Numbered from the stretch's first letter, positions 30,685-41,261 are shown. The stretch: 64,000 nucleotides of DNA from an uncultured Lachnospiraceae bacterium (GCA_964562175.1 CAZLRV010000005.1:34375-98374); one strand, 5' to 3'. The notes: generated by a model not told the origin, from the letters alone. Program-made: numbers and translations.

Positions 30685-31395
30685 TTAAATAAAAATTTTA
30701 TATGGCTTAAAATTTAGAGCGTCAGCGGCAATCAAATTAAAGGTTACACCGTCGTGTGTAAACGAAAGCGGTTTGTCATACACACCGTGTATGTGACCGA
30801 AAAAGCATTGCTCCACATTATGCTTTTTGAGAACGTCTACAAGCTCGGGGCAAATATAGCTTCCGTAAACGGGCGGGAAATGCATAAAAACCGCTTTTTT
30901 GTTGTCGGGAAAATTCGCTTCGGCGTGCTTTAGGCTCATATCGAGCCGTATTGCCTCGCGTGCAACTATCGTGCCGCTGTCCGCATTGCTCTGCTGTATA
31001 ACACGCTCGTCGGTGTACCAGCCTCGTGAGCCGCACACGGCATAGCCCTCGGCAAGCACCGAATTGCAACGCAAAAAAGTAAATTCAAGCTCGTTTTTGT
31101 CGCAAAACTCGTTGAGCTTTTTGAGAGATTGCCACCAAAAATCGTGATTACCCTCAAGCAGTATTTTTTTACCCGGCAGGGAATTGACGAAACGAAAATC
31201 CGATACGCCGCCGTCAACATTCATTGCCCACGAAAAATCGCCCGCAATTACGACCGTATCGTCATCCGTAACGGTGCTTTCCCATTCTTTTTTTATTTTT
31301 TCTATATAGTTCTTCCATCTACCGCCGAATACATCCATACGTTTATCGGGTGCATCGGTTGCAAGATGAAGATCCGCTATGGCATATAGTGACAT
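30685..31395 (-). CDS. calcineurin-like metallophosphoesterase
   Basis: ADLHL, AGDFS, GNHD and FGHIH metal-binding motifs occur in the canonical order. Confidence 0.8.
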   Translation of the reverse strand: MSLYAIADLHLATDAPDKRMDVFGGRWKNYIEKIKKEWESTVTDDDTVVIAGDFSWAMNVDGGVSDFRFVNSLPGKKILLEGNHDFWWQSLKKLNEFCDKNELEFTFLRCNSVLAEGYAVCGSRGWYTDERVIQQSNADSGTIVAREAIRLDMSLKHAEANFPDNKKAVFMHFPPVYGSYICPELVDVLKKHNVEQCFFGHIHGVYDKPLSFTHDGVTFNLIAADALNFKPYKIFI

Positions 31396-31466
31396 TTTTC
31401 ACCTCATGTGAATAAGATCCCGTATTGTGAGGATAATATAAGTAAAATAAAAAGGAGGAAATTAAA

Positions 31467-31661
31467 ATGTCCGAACGTAATTGTAAATGTGATAACGGCT
31501 GTGGAGTAAAGCACATCAAGGGTATAGGCTGTGATGTGAAAAACTGCGTATATCACGATGGAGACAGCTACTGCACCGCAGATAAGGTATCTATAGGCCC
31601 CGGCTATGCAAGCTGCGCAACGGATACGATATGCGCCACGTTTAAGCAAAGAAACGTATAA
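31467..31661 (+). CDS. DUF1540 Cys-rich small protein (sporulation-associated family)
   Basis: 64 aa: GCDVKNCVYHDGDSYCTADKVSIG fits the DUF1540 pattern. Strong RBS aaaggagg. Confidence 0.7.
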   Translation: MSERNCKCDNGCGVKHIKGIGCDVKNCVYHDGDSYCTADKVSIGPGYASCATDTICATFKQRNV

Positions 31662-33038
31662 TTAAAGCATAGACGTAATTCGATTTACGTCGCCCGCACC
31701 CATAACCACAACGATATCGTCCTCACGGACGGTATTTTTTATATATTCGCTTATATGCTCAAAATCGCCGAGATAAAGACCGTTTTCGGTCTTGTCCGCA
31801 AGCAGACTTCCGCTCATGCCGATCGTATCTGTCTCACGTGCAGGATAGATATCGGCGAAAATGACTTTATCGCATTTTCCGAATGAGGTTATGAAATCGT
31901 CAAGCAAGCCTTTTGTGCGGCTGTATGTGTGGGATTGAAATATACAGAACAAGCGTCCCTTGCATATTTCAGAGGCGGCATCGAGCGTTGCGCGTATCTC
32001 GGTGGGATGATGTGCGTAATCGTCGAATACTTTTGCGCCGTTGCACGTCTTTTTGTATTCGAATCTGCGACCGACACCGCAGAACCCCGCAAGTGCCTCG
32101 GCAACACTCTGCCCGTCTATTCCGAAAAGTGCGGCAACTCCGCAGGCACATAGTGCATTTGAAATGTTATGCTCACCGTAAACACCGAGAGTCAAATGGG
32201 TGTAAAGCTCGCCCTTATAATATACGTCGAAATCGGGATGCATATCTTTGAGAGTAATGTTTCTTGCCGATATGACACAGCCGTCTCCGCGTCCGCAAGT
32301 TACGGCGGACGGAAATTCGGGGATAAGCAGGGAAGCACCGGGGCAATCTGCGTTTATGACCACGCTGTCACGAGCCGATGCGGCGTATTTTTTGAAGGAT
32401 TCAATGTAATTCTCAAAATCGGAAAAATAATCAACATGATCAAGCTCGCAATTCAATATGACTGCGCAGGTGGGATAAAAAGAGAGAAACGAGTCACGGT
32501 ATTCGCAAGCCTCAAATATCAAGTCATTGAACGAGCCTTGCCTATATGAGCCGTTTATAGAGGGCATATCCGCACCGTTTAAAATAGTCGGGTCTCTGCG
32601 AGCGTGCATAAATATCTCGCTTATCATGCCCGTTGTTGTGCTTTTACCGTGTGTTCCCGCAACGCCAACTGAGCATTTATATTGACTTATGATATAGCCG
32701 AGAAAGTCGGCACGGTATATAAGATCGTACCCTTTTTGCACCGCAAAAGAGAATTCGGGATTATCTTCGGATATTGCGGCATTGTAAACGAAAACGGTGA
32801 AGTTTGTCAAATTATCAACCGAGTGTCCGATGTGGACTTCGATTCCCTCGTTTGCAAGCTCATCTGTCAAACGGGAACGTGTTCTGTCCGAACCGCCGAC
32901 ACGCAATCCGTTTTTAATGCAAATACGGGCAAGCGATGACATTGAAACGCCGCCTATTCCGATGAAATACACATTATTGCTTCTTTTGAGCAATTCATCT
33001 ATTTGAGCGGGAGAGTATGAAGCTCTGTTGTTTAACAT
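31662..33038 (-). CDS. murC: UDP-N-acetylmuramate--L-alanine ligase
   Basis: ATG at 33038 after the RBS cggagg (MLNNRASY...). GIGGVSMS and GTHGKSTT motifs. The 41-aa N-terminal extension in the ORF track (to 33161) is AT-rich promoter sequence. Confidence 0.93.
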   Translation of the reverse strand: MLNNRASYSPAQIDELLKRSNNVYFIGIGGVSMSSLARICIKNGLRVGGSDRTRSRLTDELANEGIEVHIGHSVDNLTNFTVFVYNAAISEDNPEFSFAVQKGYDLIYRADFLGYIISQYKCSVGVAGTHGKSTTTGMISEIFMHARRDPTILNGADMPSINGSYRQGSFNDLIFEACEYRDSFLSFYPTCAVILNCELDHVDYFSDFENYIESFKKYAASARDSVVINADCPGASLLIPEFPSAVTCGRGDGCVISARNITLKDMHPDFDVYYKGELYTHLTLGVYGEHNISNALCACGVAALFGIDGQSVAEALAGFCGVGRRFEYKKTCNGAKVFDDYAHHPTEIRATLDAASEICKGRLFCIFQSHTYSRTKGLLDDFITSFGKCDKVIFADIYPARETDTIGMSGSLLADKTENGLYLGDFEHISEYIKNTVREDDIVVVMGAGDVNRITSML

Positions 33039-33259
33039 AAAGGAAAAACCTCCGAAAAAAGTAATATGACAAAGAAATAACAATGAACCGTAAAATATGT
33101 AAAAATAATAACAACTCAGGTACAAATAAAATTCATAAAACTTCACGTATAATTTAAGCATTATTCCACGAGTATTGTTTTATGATTAACATTCATAATG
33201 TATAATTCTATTAAAGCATGAGACAACTCGTGCAAATTTTCAGAGAGAGGAATTCAACA

Positions 33260-33553
33260 ATGCAAATCTCGGATATCAAAATCAGAAAGATCTTTGAGGA
33301 CGGCCCCATGAAGGCTATTGTCTCGGTAACGTTTGACAATCAGCTGGCTGTTCACGATATAAAGGTTATCTATGCTCGTGAGAAGTACTTCATCGTTATG
33401 CCCAGCAGAAAGAACCCCGATAACACATATCGTGACATCGTTCACCCCATCAACTCCGATTTCCGTCAAGTACTTGAAGGTGCTGTTATTGAAACATATC
33501 ATGCACAGAAAGAATCAATACTTGCAGAGCAGAGACTGAACGAAGAGTTCTGA
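33260..33553 (+). CDS. spoVG: septation protein SpoVG
   Basis: MQISDIKIRKI...AIVSVTFDNQLAVHDIKVI...KYFIVMPSRK...YRDIVHPINS; ATG at 33260 after the RBS agagagagg. Confidence 0.93.
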   Translation: MQISDIKIRKIFEDGPMKAIVSVTFDNQLAVHDIKVIYAREKYFIVMPSRKNPDNTYRDIVHPINSDFRQVLEGAVIETYHAQKESILAEQRLNEEF

Positions 33554-33561
33554 AAATGATG

Positions 33562-33589
33562 AAACGCCGCCGCAGGGCGGCGTTTTTCA
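33562..33589 (+). terminator. rho-independent terminator of spoVG
   Basis: aaacgccgcc-gcag-ggcggcgttt followed by ttt; it overlaps the stop codon of the convergent GT2 gene. Confidence 0.85.
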
Positions 33590-34306
33590 TTTGTATCTCC
33601 GCTTTACGTTCTTTTTTATTTTCATAAGCTGTGAGAGCATTTTGAACGAGTCGGAAAAGACGTGTACCGTCGATTGACGGTGATTTATTATTTTTACCGG
33701 AAGCTCGCCCATCTTATAGCCGAGCGTATGTGCGCTTAGCAGTACCTCAAAATCGAATGCAAAGCCGTCGGTCGTGCAATCGGAAAAAATCTTTCGTGCC
33801 ACATCTCCCCTAAAGCCCTTTATGCCGCATTGCGAGTCGGTAAGCTTGAAGCCGGCGATAATGCGGATTATTCTTATATAGACTTTCGATGCGAGCTTAC
33901 GAAGAGGTGTGTAGCCCTCGTAGCCGTCGGAGGATAGGTTTCTTGAGCCTGCCAAAACGTCTGTGTCGGGGTGCGATATGAAATAGTCGGTAACTCGCTT
34001 TATAACGTCCGTGCCGAAAGCAAGGTCGCAATCGGTGTATATAACTATGTCCCCCGTGCTTTTTAATACGCCCGTTCTTACGGCACAGCCCTTGCCTCTG
34101 TTGCTTTCATAACGTGAGAGTATAATGTGCGGGTCGGAAGAATAAAGCTCCTTAATTGTTTTTCCGCAACCGTCAACCGAGCCGTCATCGGAGAATATTA
34201 TTTCGTAATCGTCGTAGTTCTTGCTCATATAATCGGAAAATTCCTTGGCGGATGCGGCGATTATGGAGCTTTCATTGTACATTGGTATAACAAGTGATAT
34301 CTTCAT
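33587..34306 (-). CDS. family 2 glycosyltransferase (polyprenol-phosphate sugar transferase-like)
   Basis: SLVIPMYNES, FSDDGSVDG and YTDCDL (DxD) motifs. Confidence 0.85.
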   Translation of the reverse strand: MKISLVIPMYNESSIIAASAKEFSDYMSKNYDDYEIIFSDDGSVDGCGKTIKELYSSDPHIILSRYESNRGKGCAVRTGVLKSTGDIVIYTDCDLAFGTDVIKRVTDYFISHPDTDVLAGSRNLSSDGYEGYTPLRKLASKVYIRIIRIIAGFKLTDSQCGIKGFRGDVARKIFSDCTTDGFAFDFEVLLSAHTLGYKMGELPVKIINHRQSTVHVFSDSFKMLSQLMKIKKNVKRRYK

Positions 34307-34348
34307 TTGAATACGCAGCCTTTCGCCGTGAAAAACACGGCTGTTTTG

Positions 34349-35338
34349 TTATTTTGATACGCTGACAAGCTTTGCGTGTATAGCCCACCTCTTGTTATCA
34401 CGCATATTCGTACAGGTGGAAAGAGTCAAAAGCTTATCGCCGGGGGTAAAGGACACATCCTTTTTGTACATTGACATTTCACGGCAGGTCTCGGCAAATG
34501 TCACAAAATGCTCGTCGTTGGCAAAGTATGTGCGAATATAATTATACGTCGATACGGTAGAATAGATAGAGAACACCTCATAGGTATAAATGCCGTCAAG
34601 CGTTGATATTATAACGGGACGGGAATTGAATACATCCTCTCTCGTATAATCGACAAGCTGCGAAAACATTATGCCCGTGGTGGACATATTGTGACCGTAA
34701 ACTATGAGATTTCTGTTGTCCTCCAAATGTGCCTCCGTTCGTCCGTCGGCAAATATTGCACCGTTTTTGTTGTTTTCTTTCGATGCGGAGTGAGTCAAAT
34801 AATACTCGTTGTCACCGCTGAACATAATGGGAAAATCAATATCAGTACCCGGCACGGTCACCCAGCCCCAAATATCCGAGTTGTATCGCTTAAGAGCCAA
34901 TATCTTGGTTCTCATATTCTCGTATTCTTCGTTGTATGTGCCTTGAGTGTAATCAACATCCATTATTTCACCGGCGTGCGAGCGGTCTATGGAAATGGTC
35001 GAGGGGTTCTTTTGAGTCATGTTGTCAACGGCAACAAACGTGCCGTCGTCATTTCTGAAAATGTTTTGATAAAATTCAAATTCGCTTGATGCCTTGACAT
35101 AATCGAGTGCGTAAAGAACGAGTGCCAGACAGCTCACGACAAAAACAAGAGAGGAGAGCGTGAGCAAAAAATATCTGACGGCACCGACGATCAGGCGTTT
35201 TGTGCTTTTCCGTTCGTACATACCGCGTCTGAGCGGAAGCTCCGAGCAGGAGATGGACTCAAGCTCACATAAAAACGGAGTCTTGAGCTTTTTTTGTTCG
35301 ACAAAGACGGTAGGCTTTGGATATTTTTTCTTTTTCAT
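34349..35338 (-). CDS. srtB: class B sortase
   Basis: N-terminal TM anchor, IWGWVTVPGTDIDFPIM, VYGHNM (His) and LLTLSTCTN (catalytic Cys). Confidence 0.85.
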   Translation of the reverse strand: MKKKKYPKPTVFVEQKKLKTPFLCELESISCSELPLRRGMYERKSTKRLIVGAVRYFLLTLSSLVFVVSCLALVLYALDYVKASSEFEFYQNIFRNDDGTFVAVDNMTQKNPSTISIDRSHAGEIMDVDYTQGTYNEEYENMRTKILALKRYNSDIWGWVTVPGTDIDFPIMFSGDNEYYLTHSASKENNKNGAIFADGRTEAHLEDNRNLIVYGHNMSTTGIMFSQLVDYTREDVFNSRPVIISTLDGIYTYEVFSIYSTVSTYNYIRTYFANDEHFVTFAETCREMSMYKKDVSFTPGDKLLTLSTCTNMRDNKRWAIHAKLVSVSK

Positions 35339-35499
35339 AATACTATTTCATATTTAAGTGGCTTATAATACGTATAAATATATTATATTCCGTAAATATA
35401 AATTTATCAAGACAAAGATGTACAATTTTTTTAAAACAGGCTATAAAGCATTCGATCCGATGTCTTAGGCAACGAGGCAGACACCGGATCGATGTTTTT

Positions 35500-36858
35500 T
35501 CAGTTTTTCAAGCTGTGTATCGGAGCGGGAATGTGACCGCCGCGTTTTATGAATATTTCGGGGGAGTTTTGATTTACATTCATTATCGGGGCCTCGCCCA
35601 AAAGTCCGCCGAAGGAAACGGATTCACCGGCTTTTTTACCGCAGGCGGGTATGACTCTTACAGCAGTCGTTTTCGTGTTTGCAACGCCTATGGAGATCTC
35701 ATCTGCGATTATACCGCATATGATATTCTCGTCCGTATCTCCGGGTATTGCTATCATGTCAAGACCGACGGAGCAAACTGCGGTCATTGCCTCAAGCTTT
35801 TCAAGCGACAATGCACCGACCTTTACGGCGTTTATCATGCCCTCATCCTCGGATACGGGGATAAAAGCACCCGAAAGACCGCCGACACGGCTCGATGCCA
35901 TAACGCCGCCCTTCTTTACCGCATCGTTGAGCAACGCAAGCGCCGCAGTTGTGCCGTGACCGCCGCAGGTCTCAATACCCATACCCTCAAGTATACGTGC
36001 CACAGAGTCGCCTATAGCGGGCGTGGGAGCGAGAGAGAGGTCTACTATACCGTAGGGTACCCCCAAACGCTTTGAAGCCTCACAGGCAACGAGCTGTCCC
36101 ATACGTGTTATCTTGAATGCGGTCTTCTTTATCGTTTCTGCAAGCTGTGACAGATCGCAATTTCCCGCACGAGATACGGCGGCGCAAACGACACCGGGAC
36201 CCGATACTCCGACATTTATAACGCATTCCGGCTCGCCCATGCCGTGGAAGGCACCTGCCATAAAGGGATTATCCTCGGGAACATTTGCAAACACGACAAG
36301 CTTTGCACAGCCGATGGAATCCCTATCTGCGGTAAGACGTGCAGTTTCTTTTATGATGCCGCCCATAAGCGATACGGCATCCATATTTATACCGGCTTTA
36401 GTCGATGCGACATTTACGGAGGAGCATACAAGCTCCGTTGTGGAAAGCGCTTCGGGAATGGATAAAATAAGATTCTTCGCATTTGTCGTAAAGCCCTTTT
36501 GAACCAAAGCACCGTAACCGCCGATAAAGTTTATACCGAGCGTGCGCGCGGCATTGTCGAGCGTACGTGCGATCTTTACGTAATCATCGGGTGAGAACTC
36601 ACCGGCAACGAGCGAGATGGGTGTAACCGAAACGCGCTTGTTTATTATCGGAATACCGTATTCTTTTTCTATATTCTCACCGGTCGAAACGAGATGCTCC
36701 GCACTTTTTGTTATCTTGTCATATATTTTTGTGCATACCGTATCTATGTTATCTCCGCCGCAGGTGAGCAGGGAAATACCCATTGTTATTGTACGTATAT
36801 CAAGATTCTCGTCCTTTATCATATTGATGGTTTCGAGTATATCGTTGGTTTCAAGCAT
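35500..36858 (-). CDS. UPF0210 / DUF711 (PFL-like) family protein
   Basis: The N-terminus [25 protein letters not shown] is typical of UPF0210, and the gene is paired with an ACT-domain gene as usual. Confidence 0.85.
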   Translation of the reverse strand: MLETNDILETINMIKDENLDIRTITMGISLLTCGGDNIDTVCTKIYDKITKSAEHLVSTGENIEKEYGIPIINKRVSVTPISLVAGEFSPDDYVKIARTLDNAARTLGINFIGGYGALVQKGFTTNAKNLILSIPEALSTTELVCSSVNVASTKAGINMDAVSLMGGIIKETARLTADRDSIGCAKLVVFANVPEDNPFMAGAFHGMGEPECVINVGVSGPGVVCAAVSRAGNCDLSQLAETIKKTAFKITRMGQLVACEASKRLGVPYGIVDLSLAPTPAIGDSVARILEGMGIETCGGHGTTAALALLNDAVKKGGVMASSRVGGLSGAFIPVSEDEGMINAVKVGALSLEKLEAMTAVCSVGLDMIAIPGDTDENIICGIIADEISIGVANTKTTAVRVIPACGKKAGESVSFGGLLGEAPIMNVNQNSPEIFIKRGGHIPAPIHSLKN

Positions 36859-36884
36859 ATGATACCCTCCCTATATGATGATCG

Positions 36885-37154
36885 TTATATTTTGTGCATC
36901 GAGTTGAAAATGTCCTCGTGCATGGTGCGAATGTCCAAGCCTCGGCTCTGACCGAGCGAACGAAGCTTATCCACAAAATCCGTAAAGGGCATTGTTATAT
37001 TATCAATGTCAACTATCATTATCATGGCAAAATACTCTTTAAGTACACTTTGGCTTATATCGACGATATTGGCTCCTGCCTCGGCACAGCAGGCACTGAC
37101 AGATGCAATTATTCCGACTGTGTCGGTTCCGACTACGGTTACTACCGCTTTCAT
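36885..37154 (-). CDS. ACT domain protein (UPF0237)
   Basis: MKAVVTVVGTDTVGIIASVSACCAEAGANIVDISQSVL. The ATG at 37154 lies 9 nt after GGAGG; the track TTG at 37160 is too close to the RBS. Confidence 0.85.
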   Translation of the reverse strand: MKAVVTVVGTDTVGIIASVSACCAEAGANIVDISQSVLKEYFAMIMIVDIDNITMPFTDFVDKLRSLGQSRGLDIRTMHEDIFNSMHKI

Positions 37155-37236
37155 ATACAAAATCCTCCGAAATAACTATTTTTTTGATATTATACAACAT
37201 ATTTTCGCAAATTGCAATAGATATAATGAAAAATAT

Positions 37237-37284
37237 AAAAAAACAGAGGCACGGAACGGGCATATTCTGCCCGCCCGTACCGTA
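37237..37284 (-). terminator. rho-independent terminator of metY
   Basis: On the minus strand an imperfect GC-rich hairpin (acggtacgggcgggca...tgcccgttccgt) is followed by ctctgttttttt. Confidence 0.7.
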
Positions 37285-37291
37285 TTTGTAA

Positions 37292-38560
37292 TTAAATATC
37301 GACCTTATCAAGTGCTTGCGTTATATCCGCAATTATATCCTCAATATCCTCAAGACCCACGGACAGACGGATCATACCGGGGTTGATACCGCAGGCAATA
37401 AGTTGCTCGTCGGTAAGCTGACGGTGCGTTGCGGATGCGGGGTGAAGAATACAGGTGCGAATATCGGCAACGTGTACCTCGTTTGAGGTCATTTTCAGAG
37501 AATCGAGGAACTTGACGGCTGCCGCCTTACCGCCCTTTATAACGAACGTAACGACACCGCATATACCATTGGGCATATATTTGAGCATAAGCTCATGATA
37601 CTTATTGTTTTTAAGTGCGGGATAATTTACCGTCTCTATCTTGTCGCTTGCGTCGAGAAGAGATGCAACGGCAAGACCGTTTTCGTAATATTGACGCATT
37701 CTGACGGGAAGCGTTTCAAGACCCAAATTCAAAAGAAAAGCCGAATGTGCCGCAGGATAACAGCCGAAATCACGCATAAGCTGCATTCTCGCCTTGGTAA
37801 TATATGCGCTCTTGCCCATGTCACGGGTATATACTATTCCGTGATACGATTCATCCGGCTCGGTGAATGACGGAAATTTGCCGTTTGTCCAATCGAAATT
37901 GCCGCTGTCAACTATAACACCACCTACCTGAAGTGCGTGACCGTCCATGTATTTTGTGGTCGAATGCGTTACGATATCTGCACCGAACTCAAAGGGACGG
38001 CAGAAAACAGGCGTGGGAAATGTATTGTCGACGATGAGCGGAACGCCGATCTTGTGAGCGGCAGAGGCGTAGGTCTGTATATCAAGCACCGTCATTGAGG
38101 GGTTTGCAAGCGTCTCGCCGAATACGGCTTTTGTGTTGGGCTTTGCAAGCTTTACAAGCTCCTCCTCGCTTGCATCGGCAGGTGCGAAAATACACTCAAT
38201 GCCGAATCTCTTGAGGGTCACCGAAAAGAGATTTACGGTACCGCCGTATATCTCCGATGAGGAGATGAACGAATCGCCCGCAGAGCAGAGATTGAGTATC
38301 GCAACGAGCGTTGCCGCCTGACCGGATGAGGTAAGCATAGCGCCCACGCCGCCCTCAAGCTCGGCTATCTTCTTTTCCACAGCCTCACAGGTGGGATTTG
38401 AAAAGCGTGAATACATATGAGCGGTGGGCATATCGAAAAGCTCACTCACACGCTCGGTGGTATCGAATACATAAGTAGTGCTTTGTACGATGGGAACCAT
38501 TTTAGGCTCTCCGTTTTTGGGCGTGTAGCCCGAATGAATGCATTTGGTATCTATTTTCAT
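37292..38560 (-). CDS. metY: O-acetylhomoserine aminocarboxypropyltransferase / sulfhydrylase (PLP-dependent)
   Basis: ATG at 38560 after the RBS gggagg (MKIDTKCIHSGY...). The PLP lysine context is HSTTKYMDGH. The track extension to 38719 overlaps rodA and is rejected. Confidence 0.9.
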   Translation of the reverse strand: MKIDTKCIHSGYTPKNGEPKMVPIVQSTTYVFDTTERVSELFDMPTAHMYSRFSNPTCEAVEKKIAELEGGVGAMLTSSGQAATLVAILNLCSAGDSFISSSEIYGGTVNLFSVTLKRFGIECIFAPADASEEELVKLAKPNTKAVFGETLANPSMTVLDIQTYASAAHKIGVPLIVDNTFPTPVFCRPFEFGADIVTHSTTKYMDGHALQVGGVIVDSGNFDWTNGKFPSFTEPDESYHGIVYTRDMGKSAYITKARMQLMRDFGCYPAAHSAFLLNLGLETLPVRMRQYYENGLAVASLLDASDKIETVNYPALKNNKYHELMLKYMPNGICGVVTFVIKGGKAAAVKFLDSLKMTSNEVHVADIRTCILHPASATHRQLTDEQLIACGINPGMIRLSVGLEDIEDIIADITQALDKVDI

Positions 38561-39711
38561 AACGTACCTCCCGAAAAATTTACGTCGGGTCGTCGCTTGT
38601 CGCTGTGAGTACATACGCTCAAAACAACGCCCAGACACATATACAGTCCCAAGACGGACGAGCCGCCCGAGCTGATAAACGGCAAAGTTATACCGATGAC
38701 GGGCAAAAGCCCCATGCACATACCGACATTTTCAAGTGTTTGAAATATGAAAACGGCGGCAACGCCTATGCAGACGTACGTTCCACACAAGGTAGTGCTT
38801 TTGTGCGCTATCATAAGCACACGAACGACGAGTAATATCATGAGAGCAAAGAACAACAGCAAGCCCAAAAATCCGAATTCCTCGCCCATTACGGCAAATA
38901 TCATATCCGTTTGCCGTGCCGGCAATACCGACTCGGCGGCAGCTTGCGAAAGAGTTCCGTTTTTATATCCGCATCCGGTAAGACCGCCGTTTGATATCGC
39001 CCTCATGCTCTGCATTGCCTGATATCCGTAGCCGGTCGGGTCTTGAGTCGGATCGAAGCCGACAAGTATTCGCATTTGCTGATAATTTCCCAAAAACTGC
39101 CACAGCACGGGAGCGGCTATACATACGACAGCCAATGCTCCGGCATAATACCAAAGACTGAGTCCCGCACAAAAGCACATCAAAATTATAATGCAAACGA
39201 ACATTATCGCCGCCCCAAGGTCGCCCTCGAGCATTAGAAACAACAGCAGAACGCCCGCATGAGCCATAAGCTGTAATATGCTCAAAAAATTATTTATGTC
39301 GTTTTTCAGCCGCGAAAGATGATAACCGAAGGTCATGACGAACAATACTTTGACTATCTCCGAGGGCTGAAGACTGAAATTGATTATCGGCACCGTTATC
39401 CAATTTCGGTTGTTGCCTCGTCCGCCGCTCATTATCAGCGGCAGAAGCAGAAGAACGAGGGATAAGAAATAAAGCACAAATTTATATCGCTTTATAAACG
39501 CTTCGTAATCCAACAACGAGAACACGAGCATAAAGCCGATGCCGATAAGTGTTGCGATTATCTGCATTGTAACAAGCCTTGTCGTTTCAAGATAAGCGGA
39601 GGCGGATGAAACGACTATGATGCCGTAAAGCGAAAGGGTGAGAGCCGTTAAAATGAGAATAAGATCGATGTTTTTAAGTGCGTGAATGTATCTGTTTTCA
39701 CGTATCTGCAT
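38557..39711 (-). CDS. SEDS-family peptidoglycan glycosyltransferase (FtsW/RodA/SpoVE)
   Basis: 384 aa with about 10 TM segments and a conserved C-terminal LPFISSGGSS motif. I cannot tell whether it is RodA, FtsW or SpoVE. Confidence 0.88.
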   Translation of the reverse strand: MQIRENRYIHALKNIDLILILTALTLSLYGIIVVSSASAYLETTRLVTMQIIATLIGIGFMLVFSLLDYEAFIKRYKFVLYFLSLVLLLLPLIMSGGRGNNRNWITVPIINFSLQPSEIVKVLFVMTFGYHLSRLKNDINNFLSILQLMAHAGVLLLFLMLEGDLGAAIMFVCIIILMCFCAGLSLWYYAGALAVVCIAAPVLWQFLGNYQQMRILVGFDPTQDPTGYGYQAMQSMRAISNGGLTGCGYKNGTLSQAAAESVLPARQTDMIFAVMGEEFGFLGLLLFFALMILLVVRVLMIAHKSTTLCGTYVCIGVAAVFIFQTLENVGMCMGLLPVIGITLPFISSGGSSVLGLYMCLGVVLSVCTHSDKRRPDVNFSGGTL

Positions 39712-39737
39712 CGTTAAGCCCCCTTAAACGGCATAAA

Positions 39738-41171
39738 TCAATATGCCTTGCCCCAATAAACGAGCTTGTCGGCACTCTTGCCGCAGCATATACATTTGTC
39801 CGAACAGCTCTCCTCGTTAAACGGCATACAGCGTGAGGTAACGTCTGCCAGCTCCTTGAGCTTTTCCTCACACTCTCTGCTGCCGCACCACATTGCACGT
39901 ATAAAGCCGGGCTTCGTTTTTGCGTGTTCGATGAAGGCATCAAGCTCCGTTTCGGTCGAGGTCATCGACTCACGAGCTGCCATTGCCTTATCGTAGAGAG
40001 CCTTTGTAAATGTATCGAGCATAGCGAGTACCGTTTCGCCCAAGCCCTCAAACGAAGCAAAGGTCTTTTCTCTGTTGTCACGGCGAACTATTACGCACTG
40101 ACCGTTTTCTATATCCCTCGGGCCTACCTCTATTCTGAGCGGTACGCCCTTCATTTCATATTCGGCAAACTTCCAACCCGCACTCTGCTCGCTCTCGTCA
40201 AGCTTTACGCGAACGTAAGGCTTAAGCGTTGCGGCAAGCTCACGGCATTTTTCAAGCACGCCGGGCTTATGCTGTGCAACGGGAACTATAACTACCTGTA
40301 TCGGAGCGACTGCGGGAGGCAAAACGAGTCCGCTGTCATCGCCGTGCGCCATTATTATAGCGCCTATCATTCTCGTGGAAACGCCCCAGGAGGTCTGGTG
40401 AGGGTTCTTCAGCTTGTTGTCCTTGTCAAGATACTGTATTCCGAACGCTTTGGCAAAGCCGTCGCCGAAATAGTGGCTCGTGCCGCCCTGTATCGCCTTG
40501 CCGTCGTGCATGAGAGCCTCAACGGTATATGTTGCCTCGGCTCCGGCAAATTTCTCCTTATCCGTTTTTCTGCCGCGAATAACGGGGATTGCAAGGTCTT
40601 TTTCGTAAAAGTCGGCATAGATATTGAGCATCTGCAGAGTTTCCGCCTCTGCATCCTCCGCACTTGCGTGCATGGTGTGTCCCTCTTGCCACAAAAATTC
40701 TCGGCTTCTCAAGAACGGGCGTGTCGTCTTTTCCCAACGTACAACATTACACCACTGATTGTACAGCTTGGGCAGATCTCGATAGGATTTGATTATGTCC
40801 TTGTAGTGGTCGCAAAACAGCGTTTCCGAGGTCGGTCTGACGCACATACGCTCCGCAAGCGGCTCACTGCCGCCGATAGTTACCCACGCCGCTTCGGGAG
40901 CAAAGCCCGCTATGTGGTCTTTCTCCTTATTCAGCAGTGATTCGGGTATGAAAAGGGGCATATAAATATTCTCATGTCCCGTTTCCTTAAATCTCGAATC
41001 GAGTATTCTTTGTATGTTTTCCCATATCGCATAACCGTACGGACGAATTATCATACAGCCCTTAACACCCGAATAATCTATCAAGTCCGCTTTCTTTACA
41101 ATGTCGGTATACCAACGGGCGAAGTCCTCGTCCATTGAAGTTATCTGCTCAACGAGCTTTTTTTCTGCCAT
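39738..41171 (-). CDS. proS: proline--tRNA ligase (archaeal/eukaryote-like type)
   Basis: ATG at 41171 after the RBS aaggagag ([25 protein letters not shown]...). It has class II motifs, no INS editing domain, and a C-terminal Zn-like domain ending ...YWGKAY. Confidence 0.93.
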   Translation of the reverse strand: MAEKKLVEQITSMDEDFARWYTDIVKKADLIDYSGVKGCMIIRPYGYAIWENIQRILDSRFKETGHENIYMPLFIPESLLNKEKDHIAGFAPEAAWVTIGGSEPLAERMCVRPTSETLFCDHYKDIIKSYRDLPKLYNQWCNVVRWEKTTRPFLRSREFLWQEGHTMHASAEDAEAETLQMLNIYADFYEKDLAIPVIRGRKTDKEKFAGAEATYTVEALMHDGKAIQGGTSHYFGDGFAKAFGIQYLDKDNKLKNPHQTSWGVSTRMIGAIIMAHGDDSGLVLPPAVAPIQVVIVPVAQHKPGVLEKCRELAATLKPYVRVKLDESEQSAGWKFAEYEMKGVPLRIEVGPRDIENGQCVIVRRDNREKTFASFEGLGETVLAMLDTFTKALYDKAMAARESMTSTETELDAFIEHAKTKPGFIRAMWCGSRECEEKLKELADVTSRCMPFNEESCSDKCICCGKSADKLVYWGKAY

Positions 41172-41261
41172 AAGATCTCTCCTTATATGTATATCAAAAA
41201 TATTATAACTCTTATCTTTAAACTTGTCAATACCACCGAGAGAAAAAATCACGCTCGGAGG

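Noticed and set aside
33039-33161. 41-aa N-terminal extension of murC (MLKLYVKFYEFYLYLSCYYFY...)
   Set aside because: It is an AT-rich Tyr/Phe/Leu run typical of translated promoter DNA. A GGAGG RBS precedes the internal ATG at 33038, where MurC homology begins.
35451-35497. Hairpin cgatccgatgtc...gacaccggatcg followed by a T-run on the plus strand
   Set aside because: The orientation of the T-run fits a plus-strand terminator, but both flanking genes are on the minus strand. It probably still acts as the UPF0210 terminator, since an A-run precedes the stem on the minus strand. It is too ambiguous to annotate with a strand.
36968-36976. Perfect DnaA box TTATCCACA
   Set aside because: It is a single occurrence inside the ACT-domain coding sequence. 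There is no cluster, no AT-rich unwinding element and no dnaA/dnaN context, so it is not an origin.
38561-38719. 53-aa N-terminal extension of metY, and similarly 41172-41276 for proS
   Set aside because: The extensions overlap the upstream gene or the promoter region. Strong RBSs sit right before the internal ATGs at 38560 and 41171, where conserved sequence begins.
39924-40940. 338-aa ORF on the plus strand
   Set aside because: It lies entirely antisense to the well-supported proS gene. Its composition is Arg/Leu/Cys-rich, as expected for the reverse frame of a real gene. It has no RBS and no recognisable motif.
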